A stretch of DNA of 64,000 nucleotides from Macrostomum lignano (lineage: Eukaryota): the NCBI GenBank assembly GCA_002269645.1, contig NIVC01000563.1, positions 1 to 64,000 of the forward strand, given 5' to 3'. This document shows, piece after piece, positions 22,876 through 34,183 of the stretch. The position numbers were made by a program, and so were the translations under genes. The notes under the pieces are model-generated. The model had not been told where the DNA came from and ran no database searches. It saw nothing but the letters and a program-made list of their open reading frames with translations. Every line of letters starts with the position of its first letter. The stretch's first letter is position 1.

Positions 22876-24020
22876 TGCTGTGGGTTGAGCACAGCAAACT
22901 TATTGCGAGCTTTACTTGTATTTTCGAGCGTAATTCAGTTCATTTTTGTATATTGCTGTGTAGGCAGCTAACGGCTGCTTGAGCCAGTAGAGCTCGACTC
23001 TCTTAAACATAATTAATAAATTTGAGAAAAGCTGAGAGCCCAAGAGCTCCAAAAGAACTTAACAATTCAAGAGCGGTCTTTGCGCATCACGGTCTCCAAA
23101 AGCATAATACGAAAAGAATAACAGAGGGTAGATTATGATTACCGATTGTGGTGAAGTATATTTGACTGTAAATGGCTACAAAGTACAGCAAGGCTGAATG
23201 TGGATTCCCAATGGCTGCAGGCTTACAATAGCTTATTGTGACCCATCTTTTCTTTGCAGCCTCCTGCCACAGGGCGATAACGGAAGGCAGATTGAAAGTG
23301 GGATTTTTTCAAAAAGAAGGCTTGAAACTTTACTGAACTGCCGTTCCCGCAGCGTCCTGCATAATTTATGCGGCTAATTACGGAGTGTTGGGTTAGAGGG
23401 AAAGGTGGATAGTGTGCATGATTATTAATGAAATTAACACGGGTTAACTCTCAAGTCACTGCGCTCTGAACTGGTGTGGATGTAGCGCAGTGATTGAAAG
23501 CAAATTGGACTAAATAGGATTCCCTGTTCAGCTCCAAATTATAAGCTGCTTGTTAGTGAATGAACGAATGAATGGCTACTGTCACAGTCCTGCTGTGCAG
23601 GTATGCTACTGTGTGTTCAGTACCTGGCCCGCTGGTTGTCAAGGGGCCGCGTCTGTCTGTCTCTGCCTTCAACTCTTCCCTCGCCTCTCATTTTGTGTAA
23701 AGGCACGCTGAAACGGTGCCACCCTATCCACCCTGCCAAGCAAAACTTGAAAGAGATTTTGGGAGTGAGAGAGAGGGGAGGGACCTATTTGAGCAGCACT
23801 GCTCGCCCTTCTCTCTCTCTCTTGACTGGCTCCTTTGACAATTTTGCACGCATCTATAGTACGTGGCGGTGCAGAGAAGAAAAGAAAGGGGGAGCGGACA
23901 GGCGAGCCAGACCCAGAAAGAGCTAAGAAATCTCAACCTGAGCGAGCATCGCTTTTCATTCTCATTCGAATCATCGAAGCGCGAGTAGCGGCGAGTTGCG
24001 CTACGCGACAGAAAACACAC

Positions 24021-27000
24021 ATGTCGGCGACGGACAGTGTTGACGATCTGGTTCAGGACAGCGGCCTGGAGGCGGCGCCCGGCGAGGGCCCGTCCGGGCT
24101 GGTTGGCATGGAGGAGGCGGCGGAGGCGGAGGCAGAGGCGCCGGCAGACGAGAGGGCGACATTCCTGACAGAGGCAAGAACAGCAGACCGAGAGCATGGT
24201 GGAAGCGCCGTTGAAGAACACGCGGAGAGCTCTGCTGCGGCAGACGAAGAGGAGGTCAGTGCTGTGGCTGTTTGGATAATTAGGAAAAACATTCTTAGAC
24301 ACCCGGGGTACCCCGGCCTCAGTCTAGATAGATGATAGAAAGACGCTGAAGAGTCAAATACCCTTTGCGCTCACACGCTTGCGAAAAAGATCAGAGGGGC
24401 AGGAAGTGGCCTCAAGCGGGTTGAGGTGGATGGCCTGAAGATCACTAGCAAAGGTCTTTAGAAGCGTCTCAGTGCGCGCATGTCCGCGACGGTATGGGTC
24501 GCATGGCGGATTGAGCACGATGACCTCTAGAGGGTTCATTTCCCCGCGTCCGTAGCTGCGTAGCACATGGCCGAGAAGTCGCGCTGTCTCCGGGCTCTGA
24601 GGACGGAGCTCAGCGGAGGGACGCCGGAGTGAGCAGGGAGCGCGCGGTTTCACAGCCTTTCAGGGTAGCGAAGATCGAGAGCAAATCGCAGCAAGGCTCT
24701 GAAGGTGGCGTCGAGAGACTGGTTGCGAGGTTCCCTGACCGGCAGAGCTCTGAGACCGTAAAAGGAATATCGGCTCCACGGCAGCTCGGAAAATCTGGAT
24801 ATTAAGTATGTCAGGCACGGGTGCACTAAGAAGCACTAAGCTGTATCAAACTACTCTTAGAACCCGTTACGATGCGCTTGAAGCGACTCCTTACCATTAA
24901 AAAACAAAATGAATTTTTCGTCATGAATTCCTATTGTAAAAGGGATATTAAAAACTTGCCCTGCTGAGATCTATGGGCAGATGTGCAACCGGCAGCTCAG
25001 CCGCAGCTATTGCGCGGCGCATCTGAAGGCTGCGTACGGCTGTTCAGCCCTGGAACTGGGGGGTCGCCACACACCCTCAATCACACCCTCGTACACCAGC
25101 TAATGCTGGCACCCATTTTACAGCTGGGTGAACTGAAGCAATGCAGAGTTAAGTGTCTTGCTCAAGGACACGAATTGTTCGAGTGGGTCGAGAATCGAAC
25201 CCCCGACCTTTCAGTCGTGAGTCCGACGCTCTGACCACTAGGCTACAACCCCACTAGTACTCCTAGTTGTCTAGTAAGCTGAGGTCCAGTACTGCTTGAA
25301 TAACTTCAGAATGAGGCGGGCGAGCTGCACGAGCTGGACACCATCCGAGAGGACACCACTATGGAGAAGGCGGAGGAGGCGGCAGATGTCGCGGCCGAGA
25401 ACGCTGATGAAGCGGAGGCTGATGAAGCGGTGGACGGCGAGGCAGCAGCGGCAGCAACCGAGGCGCCGCCGCCCGCAGAATCCTCCAAATCGCGTCCGAG
25501 CAGCCGGCGCAGCTCGAAGCCGCCGCCAGGCTCAGCCGGCCGGGTGAGACGCGAGCGGACTATCGAGTCACTGCTTGACAACGACGAGCTCTGGGACACA
25601 GACCTCGAGGACGAGCTGCCCGAGGAGGGCCATGCGGCCGACCTGCACGACACGACTGGGCGCAGCCTCTACCGGACCACCTGCGAACGGCTGGGCGCAG
25701 TGCCGGTGAAGTACTTTCTCAAGCACCTGACGGACACTCGGCTGATCATGCGGCACCATGGCCTCGGCCCGGTCGGCACCCGCGCTATCGCCAGGCCGCT
25801 GGCCATCAACCTGACCATCACCGAGCTGGACCTCACCGGCAACTGGATGGAGCCTGAGGGCGGCCGGGCGATCGCCAAGATGCTGGAAGAGAACAGCTAC
25901 ATCACCCATCTGTGGCTGGCCGACAACAAACTGTGCGACGAGGGCGCCGCTCAAATCTGCCGGGTGCTGCAGACCAACAGCGCCTCGGTGACTCACCTGT
26001 CCTTGGCTGGCAACGAGATCGGCGACCAGGCCGCCGACTCGCTGTTCGACCTGCTGGCCAACAACCGGACGCTCGTGTCGCTGAACCTGTCCCGCAACTG
26101 CCTCGGCGGCGAAGCGGCCGCCCGTCTTGGCGCCGGCCTCGGCATCAACGACTACCTGGAGGAGCTGGACCTCAGCGGCAACCGGATATCCGGGCCGGGC
26201 GCCGTGGAGCTGGCCCAGGGCATCCGGGAGAGCTTTCGGCTGAAGAAGTGCAACCTGGCCTGGAACGGCTTCGCCGAGGAGGGCGGGCGCGCCCTCGCCG
26301 ACATGTTGAAGGCGAATCAGGCGCTGCAGGAGCTCAACATTGAGGGAAACCGGCTGAACGGCAACGCTGCGGTTGCTATTGGCAACGCAGTAGCTGGGAA
26401 TGAGATTTTGCTGGAGCTGCGAATGGGCAATAACTTCCTGTACACTGCCGAACTGCTGCAGGTAAAGACGAAAGCATTGATGGATAAATTTGCACCAGTA
26501 TAGATAGTCAGCTGTGATACTTGGCTAGACTAGCAATCCATTGCAATAATTCAGCCACACTGGCTAGATTAGCAATCCATTGCAATACTTCAGCCACACT
26601 GACTAGATTAGCAATTCATTGCAATACTTCAGCCATACTACTGGCTAGATTAGCAATCCATTATCCTCCCCACCCTCCATTGCAGGTAGTCAAGCTGATC
26701 GTGGCCTCGGAGACCACTCCCCTAACCTTCTTATCCTTCAAAGACATCCCAGTAGACTACGAGTTCGTGAAGACAGTTGAACAGCAGATGCGCCGGACTA
26801 CTCGCGACTTCCAGTGCGAGCATGGCCCGGTGCTGCGAGCCGGAAACACGCGTGACGAGCTGGCTAAGCCGGCCATAGACATCCGCAGCCCCATCGTGTT
26901 GCTCAGGGAGCACATCCTTATCAACGACTTCCGCTTTGTGGAGCGTCTAGCGGCTATGGATGCCCAAGGCAACGGCACGGTGTCACTGGAGCAGTTTGCC

Positions 27001-27168
27001 GCAGTCATGGACGAGATGAAGATTCCGTATTACCGCAGCCAGCTGTCTGACCTGGTGGCCAAGCTGGACAAGCTGGGCGATGGCAGCATCTACTATGCCG
27101 ACTTCATGCCGCCGGAGAGGCCCAGGCGGGAGTCAGCCATGATCCGATCGCGGGGGGCCATGACTTGA
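24021..27168 (+). CDS. LRRC74A-like leucine-rich repeat protein with C-terminal EF-hand-like region; 3 exons (24021-24254, 25310-26461, 26686-27168), ~622 aa
   Basis: Acidic N-terminus; YRTTCERLGAVPV..LIMRHHGLGPVGTRAIARPLAINLTITELDLTGNW followed by RNI-type LRRs; C-terminal MDAQGNGTVSLEQF and LDKLGDGSIYYADF. Junctions in phase 0. Family name from remembered architecture. Confidence 0.8.
24310..24790 (-). mobile_element. 3' fragment of an RTE-like non-LTR retrotransposon, in LRR-gene intron 1
   Basis: Minus-strand translation with frameshifts: FFRAAVEPIFLYG..SLDATFRALLRFAL..SVLRARR..RLLGHVLRS..PYRRGHARTETLLKTFASDL, typical of the post-RT C-terminus of RTE LINEs; simple-repeat tail tctttctatcatctatcta. 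Confidence 0.65.
25030..25252 (-). mobile_element. tRNA-derived CORE-SINE (MIR-like core)
   Basis: Minus strand: A-box TAGCCTAGTGG, B-box GGTTCGATTC, then gtgtccttgagcaagacacttaac..cagctgtaaaatggg, resembling the MIR CORE. Confidence 0.8.
26521..26685. repeat. ~39-bp tandem repeat (3-4 copies), LRR-gene intron 2
   Basis: ctggctagattagcaatccattgcaatacttcagccaca. Confidence 0.85.
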
Positions 27169-27344
27169 GCTTGACTCGTACTGTGTTTAATTTTAACTTT
27201 TTGCGTCTGCTCACCGCTTATTTTCACTGTAGCATGAGACTTACGCGATAGACTGGCTTGCGAAGGCCAGACAAGGTAACTGTGCAGCTCTAAATGCAGA
27301 GCCATCAATTTCAGAATTTTCTTTCCCGTAGCAACAGCAACCTA

Positions 27345-28325
27345 AAAGCGCCCACAACAGCCCCAACACCCACAACAGCCCCAACACCCACAACAGCCCC
27401 AACACCCACAACAGCCCCAACACCCACAACAGCCCCAACACCCACAACAGCCCCCAACACCCACAACAGCCCCCAACACCCACAACAGCCCCCAACACCC
27501 ACAACAGCCCCAACACCCACAACAGCCCCCAACACCCACAACAGCCCCCAACACCCACAACAGCCCCCAACACCCATAACAGCCCCCAACACCCACAACA
27601 GCCCCCAACACCCACCCACAACAGCCCGCAACACCCCCAACATCCCCAACAGCCCCCAACACCCACAACAGCCCCAACACCCACAACAGCCCCCAACACC
27701 CACAACAGCCCCAACACCCCCCAACAGCCATCAACACCCCCTAACAGCCCCAACATCCACAACAGCCCCAACATCCACAACAGCCCCAACATCCACAACA
27801 GCCCCAACACCACCCAACTGCCCCAACACCCACAACAGCCCCAACATCCACAACAGCCCCAACATCCACAACAGCCCCAACATCCACAACAGCCCCAACA
27901 CCACCCAACTGCCCCAACACCCACAACAGCCCCAACATCCACAACAGCCCCAACATCCACAACACCCCGAACAACCTCACTAGATCGTGGCTCCCTAACA
28001 AGCTAGTAAAAACGTGCTCAACAACACTCCAACAGCCCCCAACAGCCTCAACAGCCCCCAACACCCACAACACCCCAAACAACCTCACTAGATCGTGGCT
28101 CCCTAACAAGCTAGTAAAAACGTGCTCAACAACAGCCTCAACAGCCCCCAACACCCACAACACCCCGAACAACCTCACTAGATCGTGGCTCCCTAACAAG
28201 CTAGTAAAAACGTGCTCAACAACACCCACAACAGCCCCCAACACCCACAACACCCCGAACAACCTCACTAGATCGTGGCTCCCTAACAAGCTAGTAAAAA
28301 CGTGCTCAACAACACTCCAACAGCA
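27345..28325. repeat. CAA-rich minisatellite (cccaacacccacaacagc, 9/18-bp) followed by 4 larger units sharing a 53-bp block
   Basis: Directly visible; aacctcactagatcgtggctccctaacaagctagtaaaaacgtgctcaacaac occurs 4 times between 27972 and 28320. Confidence 0.95.
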
Positions 28326-29019
28326 CCCAACAGGCCAATCCCCTGTGCCGCAACAGCTGGCTTAAATCTGATTGGCCATCCAGCTCGGGAGTCAGCCCCG
28401 TGCATCGATGTTTCTACAGCAGTAAGAGCTAAAGATTGTTAATTTTTTTTAAATTCTTTTTACTAAACTTGTTCATTGATGGAATAGTATACACTGTACA
28501 TGTCAATATGCATGCCCGTTGCTCAAAACTCTATTATCTCTCTGCACCAAGTTTTAACCCCGTTTTCTTTCTATTGACAGGCAAATACGAAAAAAGGCAA
28601 ATAGAAGATGAGTTTGAGTTTGATTGAGCAGCTTGCTTAAGAGCTCAAGTTCTCTATCAGCAATCGGCGATTGCAAAGTGCACCGAGTGGAGTCACGATT
28701 TTTTATTTATAATAATTTCTGGCTTTATATTCCTTTTACTCTACTTAGGAAAGTAGTTGAATTTGGATTTGTACTTTATTGGTGTAAACTGCTAGCTAGG
28801 GTCTAAAAACGGTCGATAACAGAAAACTAGAAAATGTGTTTTGATGAAAAAAATTGTGGTATTAGGGACCACAGTCAAGTATTTTAACCAAATTTATCTA
28901 AGTTTTCCCAAAGCGAAGGTACAGCAAAGTACAGAGAGGAAAAGATTACAAAAATGACGGCAAAAAGACTTTCTACACACAGATGAACATTGAGACAGAC
29001 ACTTAGAGAGAAAACCCAA

Positions 29020-29063
29020 AGACAGACAGACAGACAGACAGACAGACATACAGACAGACACTA

Positions 29064-29095
<32 letters not shown>

Positions 29096-29096
29096 G

Positions 29097-29134
<38 letters not shown>

Positions 29135-29135
29135 A

Positions 29136-29172
<37 letters not shown>

Positions 29173-29201
29173 CACAGACAGACAGACAGACAGACAGACA
29201 C

Positions 29202-29280
<79 letters not shown>

Positions 29281-29293
29281 CATAGACAGACAC

Positions 29294-29327
<34 letters not shown>

Positions 29328-29328
29328 C
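29020..29328. repeat. (GACA)n microsatellite
   Basis: Directly visible. Confidence 0.98.
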
Positions 29329-30014
29329 AGTCTGAATACCCAGTTGCAGGAATTTCAGCATCATCAGCACAGCCTCACTGACTCTCTGGACCAGTTGCAG
29401 GAGATGAAGTGAAATTTACAAGCGCCAAACGAAGCAGCACGCAAGCATTGCACTATTTCAGTTCAGTATTTTTGCTATACGGCACAGCCAATGCGGAGCC
29501 AATAGTAATGCAGATTATTAAGATCAAATGAGCTACCTAAGTTGGCAGTGCAGCGCAAATGTAACAGTCATGCAGAAAATGCAATAGAAAGCGAGAGTCA
29601 TTGAATACCTATACTTGTAGCCGGTTGGCTTGGCTACCCCGAAATTGCATAAATAATTAATTCGCGGCCACCACCCAGCCAAATTAATAAGGCGGCGGAG
29701 AGCGGAGAAGGAGCTGCACAAGCATTATAGGCTGCCTGCGTGGCACAGACTGGCACTGGGCACTGAAAATACCCCCCCCCCCCCCGATCTTAATTAGCGC
29801 TCATGCAGATTAACAGCCTTACAAATTGGATCGAGGCGAGCTTTTACAAGCGAAGCTGAGTTAGAGGCTTCTATATAAGACTTGGAGTCGGTGATACTCA
29901 AAGACTCGAGCCCAGGACCTACAGCGCTATAGAGAGTGATGTTTTAGCATTCTTCTGCGACTCCCAACACATTGCGACGAGAAGGTGAGAGGATGTATTA
30001 CTGAAATGTTTGTG

Positions 30015-30572
30015 CTCTCTCAGATCCTCAGAGTGACTATCTCAGATCCTCAGAGTGACTCTCTTAGATCCTCAGAGTGACTTTCTCAGATCCTCAGAGT
30101 GACTCTCTTAGATCCTCAGAGTGACTTTCTCAGATCCTCAGAGTGACTCTCTCGGGTCCTTAGAGGGACTCTCTCGGATCCCCAGAGTCAGTGACTCTCT
30201 CAGATCCTCAGAGTGACTCTCTCAGATCCTCAGAGTGACTCTCTCAGATCCTCAGAGTGACTCTCTCAGATACTCAGAGTGACTCTCTCAGATCCTCAGA
30301 GTGACTCTCTCAGATCCTCAGAGTGACTCTCTCAGATCCTCAGAGTGACTCTCTCGGGTCCTTAGAGGGACTCTCTCGGATCCTCAGAGTCAGTGACTCT
30401 CTCAGATCCTCAGAGTGACTCTCTCGGGTCCTTAGAGGGACTCTCTCAGATCCTCAGAGTGACTCTCTCAGATCCTCAAAGTGACTCTCTCAGATCCTCA
30501 GAGTGACTCTCTCAGATCCTCAAAGTGACTCTCTCAGATCCTCAGAGTGACTCTCTTAGATCCTCAGAGTGA
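30015..30572. repeat. 22-bp minisatellite upstream of the 4-TM gene
   Basis: ctctcagatcctcagagtgact. Confidence 0.96.
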
Positions 30573-30649
30573 TCCAGTAATAGATTTCAAGAGCAACTCT
30601 TAAAGCCTGCCCCAAAACAAACTATCGAATCGAAAACAATAATTTCGAT

Positions 30650-32912
30650 GTGTACAGGTCAAGGATGCAGCTGAAGAACGGAGGCTGGAAGCTGCCTCTC
30701 TACGCCAGCCTGCAGTTTGCATTGGCTCTCCTAGCAACCGTTGCTTCCCTGGCGGTGACGCTGGACAGCCGCGACTGGCTCGAGTTGGTCTGCGGCGACG
30801 CTGGTGGCGCCTCGATTGGCACCAATTCGAGCCTCCTGGCCGCCGGCTCGCGCGGCCTGCGGGCGGTGCCCAGCTGGAGCGGCCTGGCCGCCTCCTGCGG
30901 TGCTGAGTTCGCGGCCAGAGGCCGGGCTGGTGAGGGCGGAGCTGTGGGAGAGGAATAGGGATGCTGAGGGGAAGTGGGAAGGGAGAACTATGATGAATGG
31001 GGAGTTGGCTGAGGAGACTAGGGTAGGGAAGGGGGAGACCGAAATGGGAAGAGGAAGACTAAAATGGGAAGAGGAAGACTGGGATGGGAAGAGGAAGAGT
31101 AAAATGGGAAGAGAAAGACTGGGATGGGAAGAGGAAGACTAAAATGGGAAGAGAAAGACTAAAATGGGAAGAGAAAGACTGGGATGGGAAGAGGAAGACT
31201 AAAATGGGAAGAGGAAGACTAAAATGGGAAGAGAAAGACTGGGATGGGAAGAGGAAGACTAAAATGGGAAGAGGAAGACTGGGATGGGAAGAGGAAGAAT
31301 AGGATGGGAAGAGGAAGACTAAAATGGGAAGAGGAAGACTAAAATGGGAAGAGAAAGACTGGGATGGGAAGAGGAAGACTAAAATGGGAAGAGGAAGACT
31401 GGGATGGGAAGAGGAAGAATAGGATGGGAAGAGGAAGACTAAAATGGGAAGAGGAAGACTAAAATGGGAAGAGAAAGACTGGGATGGGAAGAGGAAGACT
31501 AAAATGGGAAGAGGAAGACTGGGATGGGAAGAGGAAGACTAAAATGGGAAGAGGAAGACTAAAATGGGAAGAGGAAAACTAAAATGGGAAGAGGAAGACT
31601 GGGATGGGAAGAGGAAGAATAGGATGGGAAGAGGAAGAATAGGATGGGAAGAGGAAGACTAAAATGGGAAGAGGAAGACTGGGATGGGAAGAGGAAGACT
31701 AAAATGGGAAGAGGAAGACTGGGATAGGAAGAGGAAGACTAAAATGGGAAGAGGAAGACTGGGATGGGAAGAGGAAGAATAGGATGGGAAGAGTAAGATT
31801 AGGATTGGAATAGGAAGACTGGGATGAGAAAAGTCGAAGCCAAGCCTTTTAATTCCCCAGTCAAACAAGACACTCATCCACGTGCACCACCTGTTTCAGA
31901 GTCGGCAGCCTGGACCGCGGTAAACTGGCTGCTGGTGGCGGCTAGCGTGACTGCCAGCGCATCGCTGGTGCTGCTGGTGCTGGGCAGCAGCCTGGCTCGA
32001 CGCCGACCTCCAGCCAGATGGCTACCAGTCGCTTTTCTGACCTTTGACCTCTTCTGCGGTGAGCGGGGGAATTCTTGCTGCTCAAGCTGTTTTTTGGCGT
32101 TGCAGTCATATTAATGATCAATAACCAAGTTTCTTAGAAAATTTTTGAAGGCTGATTTTCCGTGAAAAATACAATACCCCGTAATGCACTACTTACTCAT
32201 TTGTTAATGTTTTTATAAATAACTAATGTGCTTTAAATATGAAGACATCTCATATAAATTGTTTAACTTTATTACCCGCAGAATCGGAAAAAAATAATAA
32301 AAGTTTCTATCTCGGTAGTGTGTATTTTCTGTGAGAATACGGCCTTCAAATATTTTCCAAGAAACGAGGTAATTCTATACATGCATACCTTAATCCTATA
32401 TCTTATATGTTCCAGCCCTTCTACTCAGCATTGCCGCGGTCACGGCCGGGATTAGCATAATCCGTCTTGCGAGCCTCCGCCCCAGCGCCAGCTCAGCTTT
32501 TCCGCCTCAGCTGGCAGCGGTGGTCGCGGCCGCTGTCGCCTCCACAGCCGGAGCCGCCGCCCTGCCGTTGCGGCGAACACTCTTGGCCAGCCGGGCCTAC
32601 GATGTGGCGCTAGCAGCCGCCGCGGCCTCCTCGACAACCTCATCCGATGCAATGACCCCAGTCCCGACCGTGACCTCGGTGGCGGCGGCGTCGGCTGCGG
32701 CGACGGCGGCTTCAGTGGAGTCCGCGGCCGCGCGAAAATCTTGGACCCTGTCCTCGAATGCGAGCGCATATCAGTCGGGCGAATGCGTTGACGACTGCAT
32801 TTGTGAGATCGTGGCCTCGGCTGGTGTCGACGCTGACGATGGCCAGGGCATCGTTGTCGGCGGCGGCTGGGACAACTGTGGCATGGTGGACACGAGGCTA
32901 CACCGATATTGA
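30650..32912 (+). CDS. Orphan membrane protein with four hydrophobic segments; 3 exons (30650-30929, 31900-32058, 32416-32912), ~311 aa (start may be 30665)
   Basis: GT-AG junctions are phase-1 consistent. Hydrophobic stretches LQFALALLATVASLAVTL, WLLVAASVTASASLVLLVLG, VAFLTFDLFCALLLSIAAVTAGISII and LAAVVAAAVASTAGAAAL; GC-rich codon use like the neighbouring genes. No family recognised. Confidence 0.7.
31040..31825. repeat. 20-bp purine-rich minisatellite, 4-TM gene intron 1
   Basis: gggaagaggaagactaaaat / gggaagaggaagactgggat. Confidence 0.96.
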
Positions 32913-33414
32913 AGAGTGAAGATTTGGTCAGCCTCAGCTTGAACTGACGCATTATCGTGCATTTGGGAATCATAGTTTGTACAACTAGTACATGTAGTAC
33001 TTTAGAAATATAATATATAGTGAAAATTTATAAACGAAATAACATGATACGCTCGTAAAAACACTTGTGTAGACTTTATTGCTTAAGCCATTCTCGTGAT
33101 GTATCCGTGTAAGATCACGGGCCGGGGAACAAAGCACTAAAACGAATCATTTTGTTTGGCGCCCACAGCAACTTCTTTTCGTCCTCATGGAGCTCTGTTT
33201 GTCTACCCATGCGAGACTTCGAACCTACTCGGAAGTACAGATTGTTCCAGGCATGTTGCACCTCCCAAAATTTCTCCGGGTTCCAGGAGTCGACATGCCC
33301 TCCACTGTGGCCGATGGGTAATAAAACCTTCAATTATCTCCAGAGAGGCTTGTACGAGCGTACGGACTAATGATATCCAGAAATGCCATTACTAAATCAA
33401 AGTTCTTCCTATGA

Positions 33415-33870
33415 ATACTAGGATTGCAGTGCCATCCGTGCTTCAAGAAGAATGTAATTTACTAGGAGTGCAGTACCATCCGTGCTTCCAGAAGAATGTA
33501 ATTTACTAGGAGTGCAGTACCATCCGTGCTTCCAGAAGAATGTAATTTACTAGGAGTGCAGTACCATCCGTGCTTCCAGAAGAATGTAATTTACTAGGAG
33601 TGCAGTGCCATCCGTGCTTCAAGAAGAATGTAATTTACTAGGAGTGCAGTGCCATCCGTGCTTCCAGAAGAATGTAATTTACTAGGAGTGCAGTACCATC
33701 CGTGCTTCCAGAAGAATTTAATTTACTAGGAGTGCAGTACCATCCGTGCTTCAACAAGAATGTAGTTTACTAGGAGTGCAGTACCATCCGTGCTTCCAGA
33801 AGAATGTAATTTACTAGGAGTGCAGTGCCATCCGTGCTTCCAGAAGAATGTAATTTACTAGGAGTGCAGC
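33415..33870. repeat. 44-bp minisatellite, ~10 copies
   Basis: atttactaggagtgcagtaccatccgtgcttccagaagaatgta. Confidence 0.96.
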
Positions 33871-34183
33871 ACCTTCCGTGTTTGCGAATTATTATTTTTA
33901 TGGCATCACTGAAAGTGGACCAATAAATAAATAACATCAGAAGCTGTTCCACATCCAATGGTAGTTGCAATTAATTTACAAAACAAGCTACACGCCGATC
34001 AGGTGTACAATTCAATACAGGCATTAGATATTATATAATAAACAGAACAGAAAAACATACGTACACAGGTACATGTACAACAGTAAGCCACAACAGATTA
34101 AATGCAGTGAAAACGTATCACAATCAATGCCTATCAACAGATCTCTAGTCGATAATGCATCAGATACTTCTATAGAAACTGTC

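Noticed and set aside
25150-25252. tRNA gene candidate (A and B boxes; similar heads at 14930, 41300 and 53100)
   Set aside because: They continue into SINE bodies and lack a complete acceptor stem; treated as SINE heads.
27241-28289. Mucin/extensin-like (PTTAPT)n and Gly/Cys-rich ORFs
   Set aside because: Arise from the CAA-rich minisatellite downstream of the LRR gene stop codon.
27972-28320. CRISPR-like pattern: constant 53-bp block x4 with variable spacers
   Set aside because: The spacers are variants of the neighbouring minisatellite, not unique sequences; eukaryotic context; no cas genes.
33115-33333. Short minus-strand ORF with MGRQTELHEDEKKLL, vaguely transposase-like
   Set aside because: Too short and weak to support a call.
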